The notes: generated by a model not told the origin, from the sequence alone. Counted from the stretch's first letter, positions 45,387 through 57,091 are shown. The stretch is 64,000 nucleotides of DNA from an uncultured Bacillota bacterium (GCA_963823655.1 CAWGMK010000013.1:466912-530911), one strand, 5' to 3'. A program made the numbers and translations.

Positions 45387-47550
45387 CTACTCTTCCTCTC
45401 CGGCCTTCTCTGGCTCATCAAGTTCGTCAGCTTCGCTGTCCTTCGCGAAAATCGGCACCTGTCCGGGATAAGCGATCCTCTCATGCTTGACCCCGCATAT
45501 AGTGCCAACGAAGCTGTCCTCTATCAATTGCAGGTCCTTCAATGTCAAAGGCGTCTCATTCAGGTCGCCGGCATAAAGCCTCTCCCTGAGCAGGCTGTGT
45601 ATTGATTCCCTGACTTCGTCCGGGTCGCTCGACTTGGATGCCCTTGCTTTCGCCTCGCAGATGTCTGCAAGCATGATCAGGGCTGCCTCCGCTGTCTGGG
45701 GTTTCGGCCCCGGATAGCAGTACTTGGATTCATCCGCCATCGTGCCGTACTTGCCCATCGCCTTATGATAGAAGTACCACACCTTCGAATCCGCATGATG
45801 CTGCGCGATTATGTCCACGATGCCGGCAGGCAGGCTGTGCAGCTTCGCCAGCTCTATTCCGTATGTGACATGCCCGACGATTATTCCGGCCGACACTTCA
45901 GGCGGCAGCTCGTCGTGGGGGTTGACCTTGTTGATCTGGTTTTCAACAAAGAATTCAGGCTGCCTGATCTTGCCGCAGTCGTGATAAAGCGCCGCCGCCC
46001 TGACAAGAAGTGAATCTGCACCTATCTTGGAGGCCGCGGCCTCCGCAAGGTTACCGACGATTATGCTGTGGTGGTAAGTGCCAGGAGCCTCCATCATTAA
46101 CTGCCTCAGCAGCTCGTTGCCGGGGTTGGAGACCTCGATGAGCCTGAATGGGGAGGAAAGCCCGAGCGCCGCCTCTGCGAATGGCATGGTGCCGAGGCAA
46201 AGGACAGCGCTGATCAGCCCGTTCGCGATAGCTGCCGGCAGAACACCCGCGTCTATCTTGTCGCCCGAGAATGCGGCAACTGAAGCTGCAGCGATTAGCG
46301 TTGCGCCTGCTATGTAGACTGCACCCTTGACTATGCCGAAGCGGTCCACCCTTCCTTTTGCGGTGTGTATCCCCATGAAAATTCCCGCAATAGGTGCGAC
46401 CAGGGACATGAGGCTGCCCTGGAACATGAATGCGTTGAAGATGGTGACCGCAAGGCCGGTCGCAATGCCCGCCTTCTGGTCTACCATGAGAGTAAGCGTC
46501 ATGGCTATGAACGCTATTGGCACATAGATTGCTCCATATCGGCCGAAGAATCGGTAAGAAACCCAAGATATGAAGACGCTTACGCTCACAAGAATGAGAA
46601 TAAGAACAAGCTTCTTGATGTTCCTGATGCCGTCCGTTTCGAGCCAGCCCATGAAGGCGGAATGCACCACTAGCACCATGGCTACGGCAATTGCCAGCGA
46701 CAGCCTCGCCCAGAACGGCTCCATCCCGACCATAAGGCCGAGGGATTCGGTTAGCTCAAGATGGTTTTCCACCACAATCTGCCCCTGCTTGACGATGACC
46801 GCACCTTTTTGGATATATACTGGCTGGACATTGTCCTCCGCCTCTTCCGCGCCTCTTTCGAGGGCTGCCATGTCGACTGCGGTATTGACTTCAAGGAAGG
46901 AATTCGCAATCATGCTCGCCAGGGTTGAAGTCTCTTCATCAAGCCCAAGATGGACGAGGGCGGTTTTCGTCATGGACTTCTCTCCCGCAAGGGTGGAATC
47001 AAGCACCTTCTTGCTCTTCAAGACGGAAACAACATACCTTCTGATCGTCGAGACCGCCTCATTGTAGCGCCCGTTCTCTAAACCCAGGAAGTACTCCAGC
47101 GCAGCTTTGTCTATAACAGGAAGCGATGCTGCCGCCAATGACTTCTGCAAGTTGCCCAGAACATTTAATGGGCCCTTTACATAAGCGGCCCTTGCCTCAG
47201 CAAGCTGAGTATATAATGCATCCAGTCTGTTTTCTGCAACAACGGAGACGGCCTCGTTTATCTTCATGAATGAGGGCCTGTCGACCGATGATAGTAGGAA
47301 GTTCTTCCTGGCCTCTTCCCTCAGGACATCCGTATCAACCTGGTTCAGCACGGTTTTGTGGGCGATAACCGACCTCATTGCGGGCTTCCCTAGCTCAAGC
47401 TTCACAGCCGGCGGCGTCAGGTTCGTCGCCAGAAGTATGAAACAAGCCCCCCAAGTTAACAGGTAGGCAAGTGGCCCTTATCCAGTTATCGCCGCGACGC
47501 CCCCTAAACCATGTCCTGAAAATCGGGCTTCTAACCGATTGGTTCTTCAT
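45387..47550 (-). CDS. pgpH: 7TM-HD (HDIG) phosphohydrolase, PgpH-like c-di-AMP phosphodiesterase (5' frameshift near 47480)
   Basis: Extracellular region, TM helices, APGTYHHS, YHDCGK, QHH, YPGPKP; canonical phoH-pgpH-ybeY order. Confidence 0.8.
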
Positions 47551-48578
47551 TGACGGCTCTCCGTTTCATTGCCGGCGAAAAGGCTGCCATTCCTGTTTTC
47601 CTCAAGCGCTTCATAGGCCTTGATTATCCTCTGCACGAGCTCGTGGCGCACCACATCCAGCTCGGAGAGGAAGACGACTGCTATTCCGTTGACCCCGTTG
47701 AGGACGCCCGCGGCCTCTACCAGGCCCGACGCTTGCCCTTTCGGGAGGTCGATTTGGGTAATGTCCCCCGTAACCACGACTTTGGACGAGAAGCCCATCC
47801 TTGTAAGGAACATCTTCATCTGCTCCCTGGTGGTGTTCTGCGCTTCGTCGAGGATGATGAAAGCATCATCAAGGGTCCTGCCCCTCATATAGGCGAGCGG
47901 GGCGATTTCCAAAGCGCCCTTCTCCTTGAGCTTGTCGAAACCTTCTATGCCCATGATGTCCCAAAGGGCATCGTAAAGCGGCCTCAGGTACGGATCGACT
48001 TTCTCCTGTATGTCACCGGGAAGGAAGCCCAGCTTCTCGCCTGCCTCTACTGCCGGCCTCGTCAGGATTATCCTATTGACCTGGCGGGCCTTGTACGCGG
48101 CGACCGCCATCGCCACAGCAAGGTAGGTTTTCCCAGTGCCTGCAGGCCCGATGCCGAATGTCATGCTGCTTTCCTTCATCGCATCTATGTATATCTTCTG
48201 GCCCAAAGTCCTGGGTCTGATCTGTTTTCCCCTGCTTGTGACCTGTATGATGTCGCTGAATACCGACATGAGCGACGCACCTTTGCCGTCTCTTGCCATA
48301 TTCAGGGCATGTTTTGCGTCCCTTGCGCTCACCTTGTTACCCGATCTTATGACATTCCTGATGTCCTCGAGCACGCACAGGGCCATGTCCACATCGCCCT
48401 CATCACCTTTGATGAGAATTTCCGATCCCCTCGCGTTCGTGCTTACCTTGAGCTCCGCCTCTAGTAGATGGAGTATGTCGTCGCCGGTGCCGTACACAAG
48501 GGATGCCTCGGATGCGTCATATACAGTGAATCTTGCTTCCTTCTCTATTTTCCCGTCCTCCGTATTGCCCGCAGGCAT
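47547..48578 (-). CDS. phoH: PhoH family ATPase
   Basis: GPAGTGKT, RPAVEAGEKLGFLPG, YMRGRTL and DEAQN. Confidence 0.94.
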   Translation of the reverse strand: MPAGNTEDGKIEKEARFTVYDASEASLVYGTGDDILHLLEAELKVSTNARGSEILIKGDEGDVDMALCVLEDIRNVIRSGNKVSARDAKHALNMARDGKGASLMSVFSDIIQVTSRGKQIRPRTLGQKIYIDAMKESSMTFGIGPAGTGKTYLAVAMAVAAYKARQVNRIILTRPAVEAGEKLGFLPGDIQEKVDPYLRPLYDALWDIMGIEGFDKLKEKGALEIAPLAYMRGRTLDDAFIILDEAQNTTREQMKMFLTRMGFSSKVVVTGDITQIDLPKGQASGLVEAAGVLNGVNGIAVVFLSELDVVRHELVQRIIKAYEALEENRNGSLFAGNETESRQ

Positions 48579-49427
48579 TGATTTCTAATGGCATGCCCAG
48601 CCGAGCTTATGCCGGCTGGGCTCTTTATCATTCTCGGATATGGCCAGACTAGAAACGCTTCCTTGCACCGTAGGTCTTTGATGGCCTCATACGCAATAGG
48701 TCTTCCCATTATCTCGGACCATACCACGGCATCAGCCATCTCCTTCATGTTGATTCCACCTACTAGGTCTACTCCCCGGGGTTCTCCTTGGGTTGAGAGG
48801 GTTAGCAGCTGCGCTTCCAGGCCGGCACCCTCCTGGTTTTCGGATTCATCCCAGGCATCGCACATCTCATCCGCTTTCCAAGTGCCGGACTCCTCTGAGC
48901 CTCGGCCCTCGAGGGACTCATTTTGCATGCCGGCCGAAAGGAGCTCCATCTGGAATGGCGTCAGGTTGCCGTACTTATCCTTTTCCCTGCTCTCGTACAT
49001 AGTTTCGGAGCTGGTTCCCTCAAGGCTTCCGGTCATGCTCTCGCCATATTCTTCGCTTGAAGATTCCCCTTCCGCCGCAGCATCGCTTGCGGGCAGAGAG
49101 CCCGTATAATCCTCAAAGCGCGACCTTCTGGCCTGTGCTGTCGCAGGCTTTGGGGCGGTTCTTGCCGGCGCTTGGGAGGAGCCAGCCACTTGAAGGGGCG
49201 GGGGTCCTTGAAGTCTGGCCCCTGTCCTCCTGAGCAGAGCGCTCCTTTTCTTCCATCGCCTTTCTAAGCTCCTCAAGCCTTGAGAGCACCGTCTGCTGGT
49301 CGAAACCCTTGCCCTGGCTGGAGGCGGCCTTCTTTACGGCTTTCCCTATCCTCGTGATTATCGAAATCACGAAGATGAACCAGAAAAGGCCGAAGATCAA
49401 TGGCAACAGATCGAAATTAAACTCCAT
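48545..49427 (-). CDS. YqfB-like membrane-anchored acidic protein (frameshift near 49200; true 3' end uncertain)
   Basis: N-terminal TM, low-complexity acidic middle, AVVWSEIMGRP motif; follows floA. Confidence 0.55.
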
Positions 49428-49451
49428 GGAGGGTACACCTCCCACCTTCTC

Positions 49452-50453
49452 TTACTTGCCGCTCTCCAGTGAAGATTCCTCAAGGCCCGGGCCCTTCTGG
49501 CCTACTTTGGCGATGCTTTCCCTCATCTGGGTGTCTGATTGAACGTTAAGGAGGTTGTAGTAATCCATGACGCCAAGCTTGCCCTCTCTAAGGGCGAATG
49601 CGAGCGCCTTGGGTACTTCGGCTTCAGCCTCTACGACTTTGGCCTTCATCTCCTGTACTCTTGCTTTCATCTCCTGCTCAACTGCTAAGGCCGCAAAACG
49701 CCTCTCGGCGGCCTTGGCCTGCGCGATGTTCTTGTCGGCCTCGGCCTGGTCCATCTGCAGCCTGGCGCCTATGTTCCGGCCGACATCGACGTCGGCTATG
49801 TCGATAGATAGAATCTCGAAAGCGGTCCCGATGTCCAGGCCCTTGGAAAGGACCGTGCGCGATATCATATCCGGGTTCTCAAGGACTACTTTATGGCTTT
49901 CCGCGGAGCCTACCGTCGTTACAATGCCCTCGCCTACCCTGGCGATAACTGTGGCTTCGCCGGCGCCTCCTACTAGCCTTTCGATGTTGGCGCGCACGGT
50001 GACCCTTGCCTTAGCCCTAAGCTCGATGCCGTCTTTTGCCACTGCAGCAACTACGGGCGTTTCGATTACCTTGGGGTTGACGCTCATCTGAACGGCCTCA
50101 AGCACGTTCCTGCCTGCAAGGTCGATTGCGGTAGCGCTTTCGAAAGTGAGGTTGATGTTCGCCCTCTGGGCTGCGATTAGCGCGTCAATAACCTTGTCGA
50201 CGTTACCGCCGGCAAGATGATGCGCTTCCAGCTTATCGACGCTTATCGGTATGCCGGCTTTGACCGATTTGATCATCGGCAGGATTATCCTTGCCGGGGA
50301 AACGCGCCTGAGCCTCATGCCGACGAGGGTGAACAGGCCGACCCTGACTCCTGCGGCTAACGCTGATATCCAAAGCCCCACAGGGATGAAATTCAGGATC
50401 AGAATCAGGAATATGAATACGAGAACGGGAAAGAATAGAACGATAAGATCCAT
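49452..50453 (-). CDS. floA: Flotillin-like protein FloA (YqfA/UPF0365)
   Basis: [26 protein letters not shown] and GVMDYY. Confidence 0.93.
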   Translation of the reverse strand: MDLIVLFFPVLVFIFLILILNFIPVGLWISALAAGVRVGLFTLVGMRLRRVSPARIILPMIKSVKAGIPISVDKLEAHHLAGGNVDKVIDALIAAQRANINLTFESATAIDLAGRNVLEAVQMSVNPKVIETPVVAAVAKDGIELRAKARVTVRANIERLVGGAGEATVIARVGEGIVTTVGSAESHKVVLENPDMISRTVLSKGLDIGTAFEILSIDIADVDVGRNIGARLQMDQAEADKNIAQAKAAERRFAALAVEQEMKARVQEMKAKVVEAEAEVPKALAFALREGKLGVMDYYNLLNVQSDTQMRESIAKVGQKGPGLEESSLESGK

Positions 50454-50483
50454 TTTGCAAGCCTCCCTTTTCTCAGTCTGCTA

Positions 50484-50786
50484 CTAAACCTTCCTTACCA
50501 GGGCCCTGCCGGCCAGCATACCGATTATTATGACCTCGGTCCCCGGTTCGATGAACTCCCCTTCTGACGTAGCCTCATAGGGGATGTTTTCGACGAAAAT
50601 TACTCCCACAGGCCTTAACGTTTTCGATACTGTGGCCTTTGTACCTGCCTTCGGCAATGCGGCCTCATGGGATATTGCGCTTCCGGCTTCAATCCTTGAG
50701 GAAAGCGTGGCCTTCCTGAAGACGATAACCGCGATTACAACCAATGCAATGCAGATGGCAATGAGAAGGATGCTTCCGGCTTCCAT
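50484..50786 (-). CDS. Short NfeD-like protein (TM plus OB-fold)
   Basis: TLRPVG...YEATSEGEFIEPGTEV...LVRKV. Confidence 0.75.
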   Translation of the reverse strand: MEAGSILLIAICIALVVIAVIVFRKATLSSRIEAGSAISHEAALPKAGTKATVSKTLRPVGVIFVENIPYEATSEGEFIEPGTEVIIIGMLAGRALVRKV

Positions 50787-50788
50787 CG

Positions 50789-52132
50789 CTAAGCACCGCC
50801 CTTCAAATCATCGGCAGGCGTTGTAGCCCTTCTGACGATTACCTTCATCCCATCCACTTTCTCTACAACGATATCTGTGCCAGGCGCAAGGAACTCGCCT
50901 TCCGATATGACGTCGACCCTTGCCGTACCGAAGTAAGCTGTGCCGACTGGCCTAAGCGTGGTATAGACCTTTCCATGCTCACCGACTGAAGGCATGCCTG
51001 CGCCGATAATCGCCTTCGGCCCGGTAGGTATCTGCTTGCCCGTAACCTCGGTAAGTATAAGCCTGCCGAAGAAGCTGTTGCCTTTCACTCCTCTTCGCTC
51101 CAGGCTGCGCACCAGCACGATTATCGCAACGATCGCGAAAGCCAGCGCAATGCTTACTGACAGCAGTGCCTCCTGCGGCGTCGGGTAGGAGAGGTAAAAG
51201 CTTGCGAAAATGCCAATCAACCCAGAGACACCAAGGACGCCGAAACCGGGTATGAACAGCTCCGTTATCAGCAGCGCAAGTCCTGCTACGAACAGGATCA
51301 CTATCTCCCATCCGGCCATGCCGGTGATAAGCCTTCCGTAGAAGAACAGCGCGAAACCAACGATGCCTAAGCCTCCGAAAATTCCGAAACCGGGCACGAA
51401 TGCCTCTATGATAAGCCCAAGCACGCCCATAACTAGCAATATCTCGGATGCAACCGGAGATGTGAGGAATTGGCCCAGCCTCTCCCTGTTGTTCATCGCT
51501 ATGTCGAGCCGCTCCAGCCCGGCCAGTCCTGCGGCGGCGGCAAGCCCCTCAAGGTCCTGGTGCACGCCGTCGGCGAAGCCTATCCTCAAGGCGTCCGCTG
51601 ACCCCAGCGTAAGGATCTTGCCCTCCTCGGTAATGCCTTCCACGGAAATGTCGCTGTCGACCATGGCGCCGGCAACGGCGGGGTCCTTGCCCCTCTCGGA
51701 GGCAGTGCTTTCGAACTGCTGCCTGTAGGCCGATATGTATTTCTCCTCAGCGGGCCTGGTCTCCGCGGCCCCGATTGATGCACTGCTTTGCATATGAAGC
51801 TCGGTGCAGCTTAACGCTATGAGGGCGCCTGCGGACCACGCCTTCTGGTTTACGAAGGCAATGGTGCGGATCCCGCTCGCCAGTATTTCATCCCTTATCC
51901 TGTTGGATGCGTCCACCAGGCCGCCATATGTGTCGATTTCGAAAACAACGGCCTGGGCGTCGGCCTGCTCGGCCTCTTCCAACACCCTTCTTATATAGAC
52001 CAGCGTCCCGTCGTCGATATCTCCCTTTATGGGTACGACGAAGTAGGAGCCCTCATCAGCGGCGGATGCCGCAAGAAGGCTCGTTGACAGGGCGATTGCC
52101 AGCATCAGGACGTAAAACAACCTCTTGCTCAA
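50789..52132 (-). CDS. Long NfeD membrane serine protease (YqeZ-like)
   Basis: IDTYGG, AWSAGALIAL, repeated PGFG TM motifs, C-terminal LRPVG OB-fold. Confidence 0.9.
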   Translation of the reverse strand: MSKRLFYVLMLAIALSTSLLAASAADEGSYFVVPIKGDIDDGTLVYIRRVLEEAEQADAQAVVFEIDTYGGLVDASNRIRDEILASGIRTIAFVNQKAWSAGALIALSCTELHMQSSASIGAAETRPAEEKYISAYRQQFESTASERGKDPAVAGAMVDSDISVEGITEEGKILTLGSADALRIGFADGVHQDLEGLAAAAGLAGLERLDIAMNNRERLGQFLTSPVASEILLVMGVLGLIIEAFVPGFGIFGGLGIVGFALFFYGRLITGMAGWEIVILFVAGLALLITELFIPGFGVLGVSGLIGIFASFYLSYPTPQEALLSVSIALAFAIVAIIVLVRSLERRGVKGNSFFGRLILTEVTGKQIPTGPKAIIGAGMPSVGEHGKVYTTLRPVGTAYFGTARVDVISEGEFLAPGTDIVVEKVDGMKVIVRRATTPADDLKGGA

Positions 52133-52283
52133 GACGCAACACCTCTATCTGCCAGCGGGATATATATTCCCATATTCATTATATCAAGTTACAGGGACAA
52201 TGATTATAAATCGAAATTGGCAGCACTTTCAAGAAACAAGAAACGCTGGGCTTCTGCCCAGCGCCTCGATATCGATCTTCGTT

Positions 52284-52460
52284 TTAGCGGAAACGCCTCT
52301 TGCGGGCTGCCTCGGACTTCTTCTTCCGCTTTACGCTAGGCTTCTCGTAATGTTCCCTCTTGCGTATCTCCGCCAAGACGCCTGACATCTGGCACTGACG
52401 CTTAAAACGGCGCAGCGCACTATCAAGGGTCTCGTTCTTTCCTACTCTGACCTCTGCCAT
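52284..52460 (-). CDS. rpsU: 30S ribosomal protein S21 (absent from ORF track)
   Basis: Manual translation [23 protein letters not shown]...[24 protein letters not shown], 58 aa; GGAGGG RBS. Confidence 0.96.
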   Translation of the reverse strand: MAEVRVGKNETLDSALRRFKRQCQMSGVLAEIRKREHYEKPSVKRKKKSEAARKRRFR

Positions 52461-52583
52461 ACGGACTCCCCTCCCTCCGGGTTTGGATTCACGGTCTGCT
52501 AGTTAAGCTGATCCGTATGACCTTGCAAATAGCAAGTTCTTTTAATATGTTATTCCAATATGTGCTCCATTGTCAATTGATTA

Positions 52584-52922
52584 TCAGCCCGGCGGCCAAC
52601 CGAAGGCCCTTCCGCCCAGAAGGTGCATATGAAGGTGCGGAACGCTTTGACCCCCGTTTATGCCGGAGTTCATGACCAACCTGTATCCGCCCTCTGAAAT
52701 GCCGAGCTCTTTGGCGAGCCTGATCGCTGCAACCGCCATCCTGCCCAGCAAAGCTTCTTCCCCGGATGCATCGTTAAGCCCGGATATGTGCCTTTTGGGC
52801 ACTATGAGCACGTGTACCGGCCCCACAGGGTTGACGTCCTTGAAGGCGGCAATCCCCTCATCCTCGAAAATCAGGGTTCCCAGCTTCTTCGCCGCTATCT
52901 TGCAGAAAATGCAGTCATCCAT
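52584..52922 (-). CDS. HIT family nucleotide-binding protein
   Basis: DCIFCKI and HLHMH triad. Confidence 0.93.
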   Translation of the reverse strand: MDDCIFCKIAAKKLGTLIFEDEGIAAFKDVNPVGPVHVLIVPKRHISGLNDASGEEALLGRMAVAAIRLAKELGISEGGYRLVMNSGINGGQSVPHLHMHLLGGRAFGWPPG

Positions 52923-52946
52923 GTCTACCCCTCCATTCCAAAGGTG

Positions 52947-54267
52947 CTATTCGACATGCTCGCCGGCGGCTCCTTCGCCCGAAGCGGAGCTAATCCTGAC
53001 GGATGCCATGCCCTCGAGGCTTTTTGCCGATGTGAAGCAAACCTTAACATACTCGCTAGTATACCCCTCATATGTAAATCCGCCCGAAGCGTTCGCTGCC
53101 TCGGATTCAATGACGACTTTATAAGTCCTGCCCACCATCTTCTCATGATGGTCCTTCGCGATTGCGGATGCTTCTGCTATCAGCCATTTAACCCTTTGGT
53201 TCTTTATGCCCTCGGGCACCTGGTCATTCATAGCGGCGGCAGGCGTTCCTGCGCGCTTTGAGTATGGGAATACGTGTACGTGGAGAAAGCCGACCCTCTT
53301 GACCAGAGCCACGGTGTTTTCGAACATCTCATCGGTCTCGCCCGGAAAGCCGACTATGACATCGGTGGTAAGTCCGATGTCCCCCAGCCTTTCCCTGGCT
53401 TCGGCCACGGTTTTTTCGAAGTAATCCGCATCATAGTGCCTGTTCATGGACTTGAGGATAGAATTGTCCCCTGACTGCAGCGGCAGGTGCAAATGCATTG
53501 CCAGCTTGGGTTCGGATGCGAAAAGGGCTGATTAGGTCATCGGTCAGCTCGGTAGGCTCCAGTGAGGACAAACGTACCCTGCTGATGCCATCGGCCTTGC
53601 ATACTGCCTTTATCGCGTCCGTAAGCCCCGGCTTGCCCCCGAAATCCCTTCCATAGCAGCCTAAATGTATGCCGGTCAGGATCACCTCGGCATACCCCGC
53701 TTCAGCGAGCCTTTTGGCCTCGTCCTCAATGCTTTGGATGCTCCTGCTCCGGACATGCCCTCTTACGTAAGGGACATAACAGTATGAGCAGTATGCATCG
53801 CAGCCGTCTTCTATCTTCAGATAAGCCCTCGACATCCCGTCGGCGCCTTCAGCTTGAAGCTCTTCATAAGCTCCGAAATCATCAGCGTCGCCTATAATAT
53901 TAGACGCAGGGCCTTTCCTGCCGGACTCCAGGGCCTCTTCGACCGCGTTAACGAGCCCCAACCTGTCTGATGCCCCAGAGGCTATGCCGACCCCTTCAAT
54001 GGCCGTTGCGGCAGTCGGGTTACCTTGCACGAAGCAACCGGCGGCAACTATAAGGGCTCCGGGATTATTGCGCACTGCCCTTCTTATCATCTGCCTGGAT
54101 TTCCGGTCCGCCTCGCCCGTCACAGTACAGGTATTCACTATTATCGCGTCCGCCGGTTCGCCCTCCTGGACTACGGCGAAGCCGCGCTCAATGAAGGCTT
54201 TCTGCATCGCCTGCGTATCATACTGGTTTACTTTGCAGCCCAAGGTGATGAAGGAGACCCTTCTCAT
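52947..54267 (-). CDS. mtaB: tRNA ms2t6A37 methylthiotransferase (frameshift near 53520)
   Basis: TLGCKVNQYD, NTCTVT, radical SAM CDAYCSYC, HLPLQSG and IVGFPGET. Confidence 0.93.
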
Positions 54268-54758
54268 CTGCTTTTACCCTCGGCTTTTTTAACAATGCCG
54301 AGCAATGGGATGCCAAGAGCTAGTACGGCCACGGCCTCTCCGACGGCAACGGCCAGCATTGAAGCGGGAACGGTCAGGTTGAGGCCCCCGAGGACTACCT
54401 CGGGCATGCCATACACGAATGGAAGGTAGCCCCCGACGACCAGCCCATTGATTACTATCGGGGCCGCGTATCCGGGGATCTTACCTCTGAATTTGTATGA
54501 GATAAGGGCCGCAAGCAGGGTCGCCAATGTGCCGAATACCACATCAATCAACCCTACAGGCCCTAGCAGGTTTGCAATAAGGGCTCCTACCGCAAGCCCG
54601 GGGATAGCTTCAATCCATATCATCGGAAGAAGCGTCATGGCCTCCGCAATACGAACTTGAAGAGGCCCGTAGGATATTGGAGAAAGCGCCAGGCATAAAG
54701 CCACATATATTGCGGCGATAGCAGCCGCCCTAGTCATCGTCCTTGCGTCCAGCTTCAA
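54264..54758 (-). CDS. queT: QueT family queuosine-precursor transporter (ECF S component)
   Basis: AAIAAIY, PISYGPLQVRIAEA, DVVFGTLAT and VAVGEA. Confidence 0.85.
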   Translation of the reverse strand: MKLDARTMTRAAAIAAIYVALCLALSPISYGPLQVRIAEAMTLLPMIWIEAIPGLAVGALIANLLGPVGLIDVVFGTLATLLAALISYKFRGKIPGYAAPIVINGLVVGGYLPFVYGMPEVVLGGLNLTVPASMLAVAVGEAVAVLALGIPLLGIVKKAEGKSR

Positions 54759-54861
54759 TCGAAGACCTCCAAAACAGTTTTACCAAGATAAGTTAGCACA
54801 AAAGAGGCCTCATGTCCAACTGAAGCCGTCAGCTACTATGATCCTGTAGCTTGTGCTGCGT

Positions 54862-55504
54862 CTAATCCTCAGGCATTATAATTGCGGGATTGATTGAATC
54901 AAACCAAAGCATGAAATCGCCGACAACCTTTCCATCTGACGATTCCAAGACTCCCTCCATCTCGAAATCTATGCTCGAGCCGTTAACGGTAAGGTCATTG
55001 GTCGCAGTCACTATGCTGTCAATGAGAGTGTCGTAAGCTGAGACTCCGATTATCGAACTTAGTAGCACTTGTGCTTCAGCTGCGATTGTCAACCCGCTAA
55101 TGCCCATATCGGACCAGAAATCGATAAGCTCGTAACGCCCTGTAACAGTGAACGTATCTCCGACAGTATCCACAGCATAGCTATCGAAGCTTAAAGCCGT
55201 CTCAAGATATGCGCCTATGTCTTCCAGGGCGGCATCTATCAGGTCCTGGATTCATGCTCATACTCATCAGAAGCCCTTCAAGTTCGATATTAAGATATTT
55301 GGGTTCCTTAAGGGTGCTGCCCTCTGTGCTTACATCCATCTCAATCTCACATTTTTCAAGTGAGCCGTTCATAATGTCCCCGTTCGGTCTGATTCCATAT
55401 GAGTCGGATCCTACTAGCGTAAACAGCATAGTGCAGCCAGAAAGCGTAATCATCATTGCCATTGCCATAATTAGCAGCGCAATCCTTCCTATACCTAGCT
55501 TCAT
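54862..55504 (-). CDS. Hypothetical lipoprotein, paralog 1 (frameshift near 55220-55250)
   Basis: Signal peptide with LSGC lipobox; similar to the two upstream ORFs. Confidence 0.65.
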
Positions 55505-55538
55505 ATGCCTTACCTCCCGAAGATCGCCTTAGCCCTTT

Positions 55539-56159
55539 CTATAGTATGAATATCGAGTACAGTGTAAAGTCGCAGTCCAGCGTGCCAATCACTCTGCCAG
55601 TGAAAGTTTCCAGGCCGCCCTCAAGCTTAAGATCCACTATCGTATTTAAGGGAAGCTCATCGTCGCAGATAAGCTCCATTTCAGCCACCAGCGCGTCGTA
55701 GAAGGCTTCCCCGATTACTGAGCTAAGGTCAAGTTCGACGGGCGCCAGCGCCGTTGTGCCACTAGAGACGTGCGGCAACAAATCCCAGAACTCGGGGATT
55801 TCTATCTCCTTCTCTATCCAGAACGGATTTCCCGCAGAAGTGCTGCCGCTATAAGAATCGAAATCGAGGTGGTCATACATCGTCCCTGACAGCGAATCGG
55901 CTAGAGTATCGATCTCCTCCGCGGTCTTTGTCGAATTTGTTACATCGCCCGATATCCTCAAAATGAGTACATCCGGCCATTTCGGGATGAAACCAGTCAT
56001 TGAGACCAACACCTTTGCCGGCCCGCCTTCCAAACCGGCCACATAGACGTGATAATCCTCCTTGCCTACTATCGTGAACCTTATAATGCAACCGGCCAGC
56101 GACAATGCAAGAAGGACCGCTGTTGCCGCCAAAACTGCCCTGACAAGCCTCTTTTTCAT
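55539..56159 (-). CDS. Hypothetical lipoprotein, paralog 2 (intact)
   Basis: MKKR...LSLAGC lipobox; AGGAGG RBS. Confidence 0.75.
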   Translation of the reverse strand: MKKRLVRAVLAATAVLLALSLAGCIIRFTIVGKEDYHVYVAGLEGGPAKVLVSMTGFIPKWPDVLILRISGDVTNSTKTAEEIDTLADSLSGTMYDHLDFDSYSGSTSAGNPFWIEKEIEIPEFWDLLPHVSSGTTALAPVELDLSSVIGEAFYDALVAEMELICDDELPLNTIVDLKLEGGLETFTGRVIGTLDCDFTLYSIFIL

Positions 56160-56368
56160 GTCCCCAACCTCCTAACATTATATATTCGGCAATTAGACTA
56201 TTCTATATTCGTAGTATTAATCCTCCAGAAGTTGTCGTTTTACAGCGTGCGAGCTCGAATAGGCAGCCCCTGAGCAAAAAGAAGCGGCTTGACTCAGACT
56301 ACAGTCCAAATCAGGCCGCCTATTTGATATAAGGTTTATCAGCCCTTGGTTATTTGTCCAGTGTGAAC

Positions 56369-57015
56369 CTACGGCAACTCAACCAATGAGCCATTGAGGA
56401 AGAAGGTAATCGACATATCGCCTACTAGCTTGTCCTTCTCGACATTCACCAGGACGCCATCCAAGCTCAACTCAACTACATTGCCGTTAGGGATGCTTGC
56501 GGCATGCCTGCTGAAGACCTGCGACCACCTGAGCGTACTGATCCTGGCCAATTAGGGTACTGAGGTCAAGAAGCAACTGCGGTTGATGCCCGCCGCTCCC
56601 AAGCATTTCCTTCCAATCGGGAATAACCATAACGGCAGTGACTTTGTACATATTGTCCAGGCCTAGCCCGTCTTCTTCCATATCTAATTCTTCGAAATCG
56701 TGATCGCCACCGTTGTATAGCTCATTGTAAAGCTCAAGCTCTATTGTGTTTGCAAGCTCAACGTTCGGATCAATTACCAAAGGCAGCGAAGTAGTCACTG
56801 TTCCGGACAGCACTATGGTGAGATGGTCCGGCCATACGGGCCACAGGCCTTTGATGCTCACATCGACCTTTATCGGGCCGTTAGTGATGGCTGTGCTCGT
56901 AACATTGTAGTCATCCAGATCCGGTTACATGGAACACCAGGTTGCACCCGGCCAGAGACAACATCATGATCAGGACTGCTGCTACGGAAAATGCGCGAAC
57001 CATATTCTTCCTCAT
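56369..57015 (-). CDS. Hypothetical lipoprotein, paralog 3 (frameshifts near 56915 and 56550)
   Basis: MRKNMVRAFSVAAVLIMMLSLAGC lipobox read from the DNA; GGAGGA RBS; shares WPD.L motif with paralog 2. Confidence 0.65.
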
Positions 57016-57054
57016 AGTCAAATCCTCCTCCGCTACGCTTAGTTGAATAATCTT

Positions 57055-57079
57055 ACGGGAGGCAAGCTATGCCTCCCGT
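57055..57079. terminator. Perfect hairpin downstream of trxA
   Basis: ACGGGAGGCA-agcta-TGCCTCCCGT; U tract is weak. Confidence 0.5.
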
Positions 57080-57091
57080 TGAGTCTCGTAT

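Noticed and set aside
47550-48464. 304-aa plus-strand ORF and similar long antisense ORFs over rel, secF, queA and carA
   Set aside because: They lie fully opposite conserved housekeeping genes and show no independent motifs.
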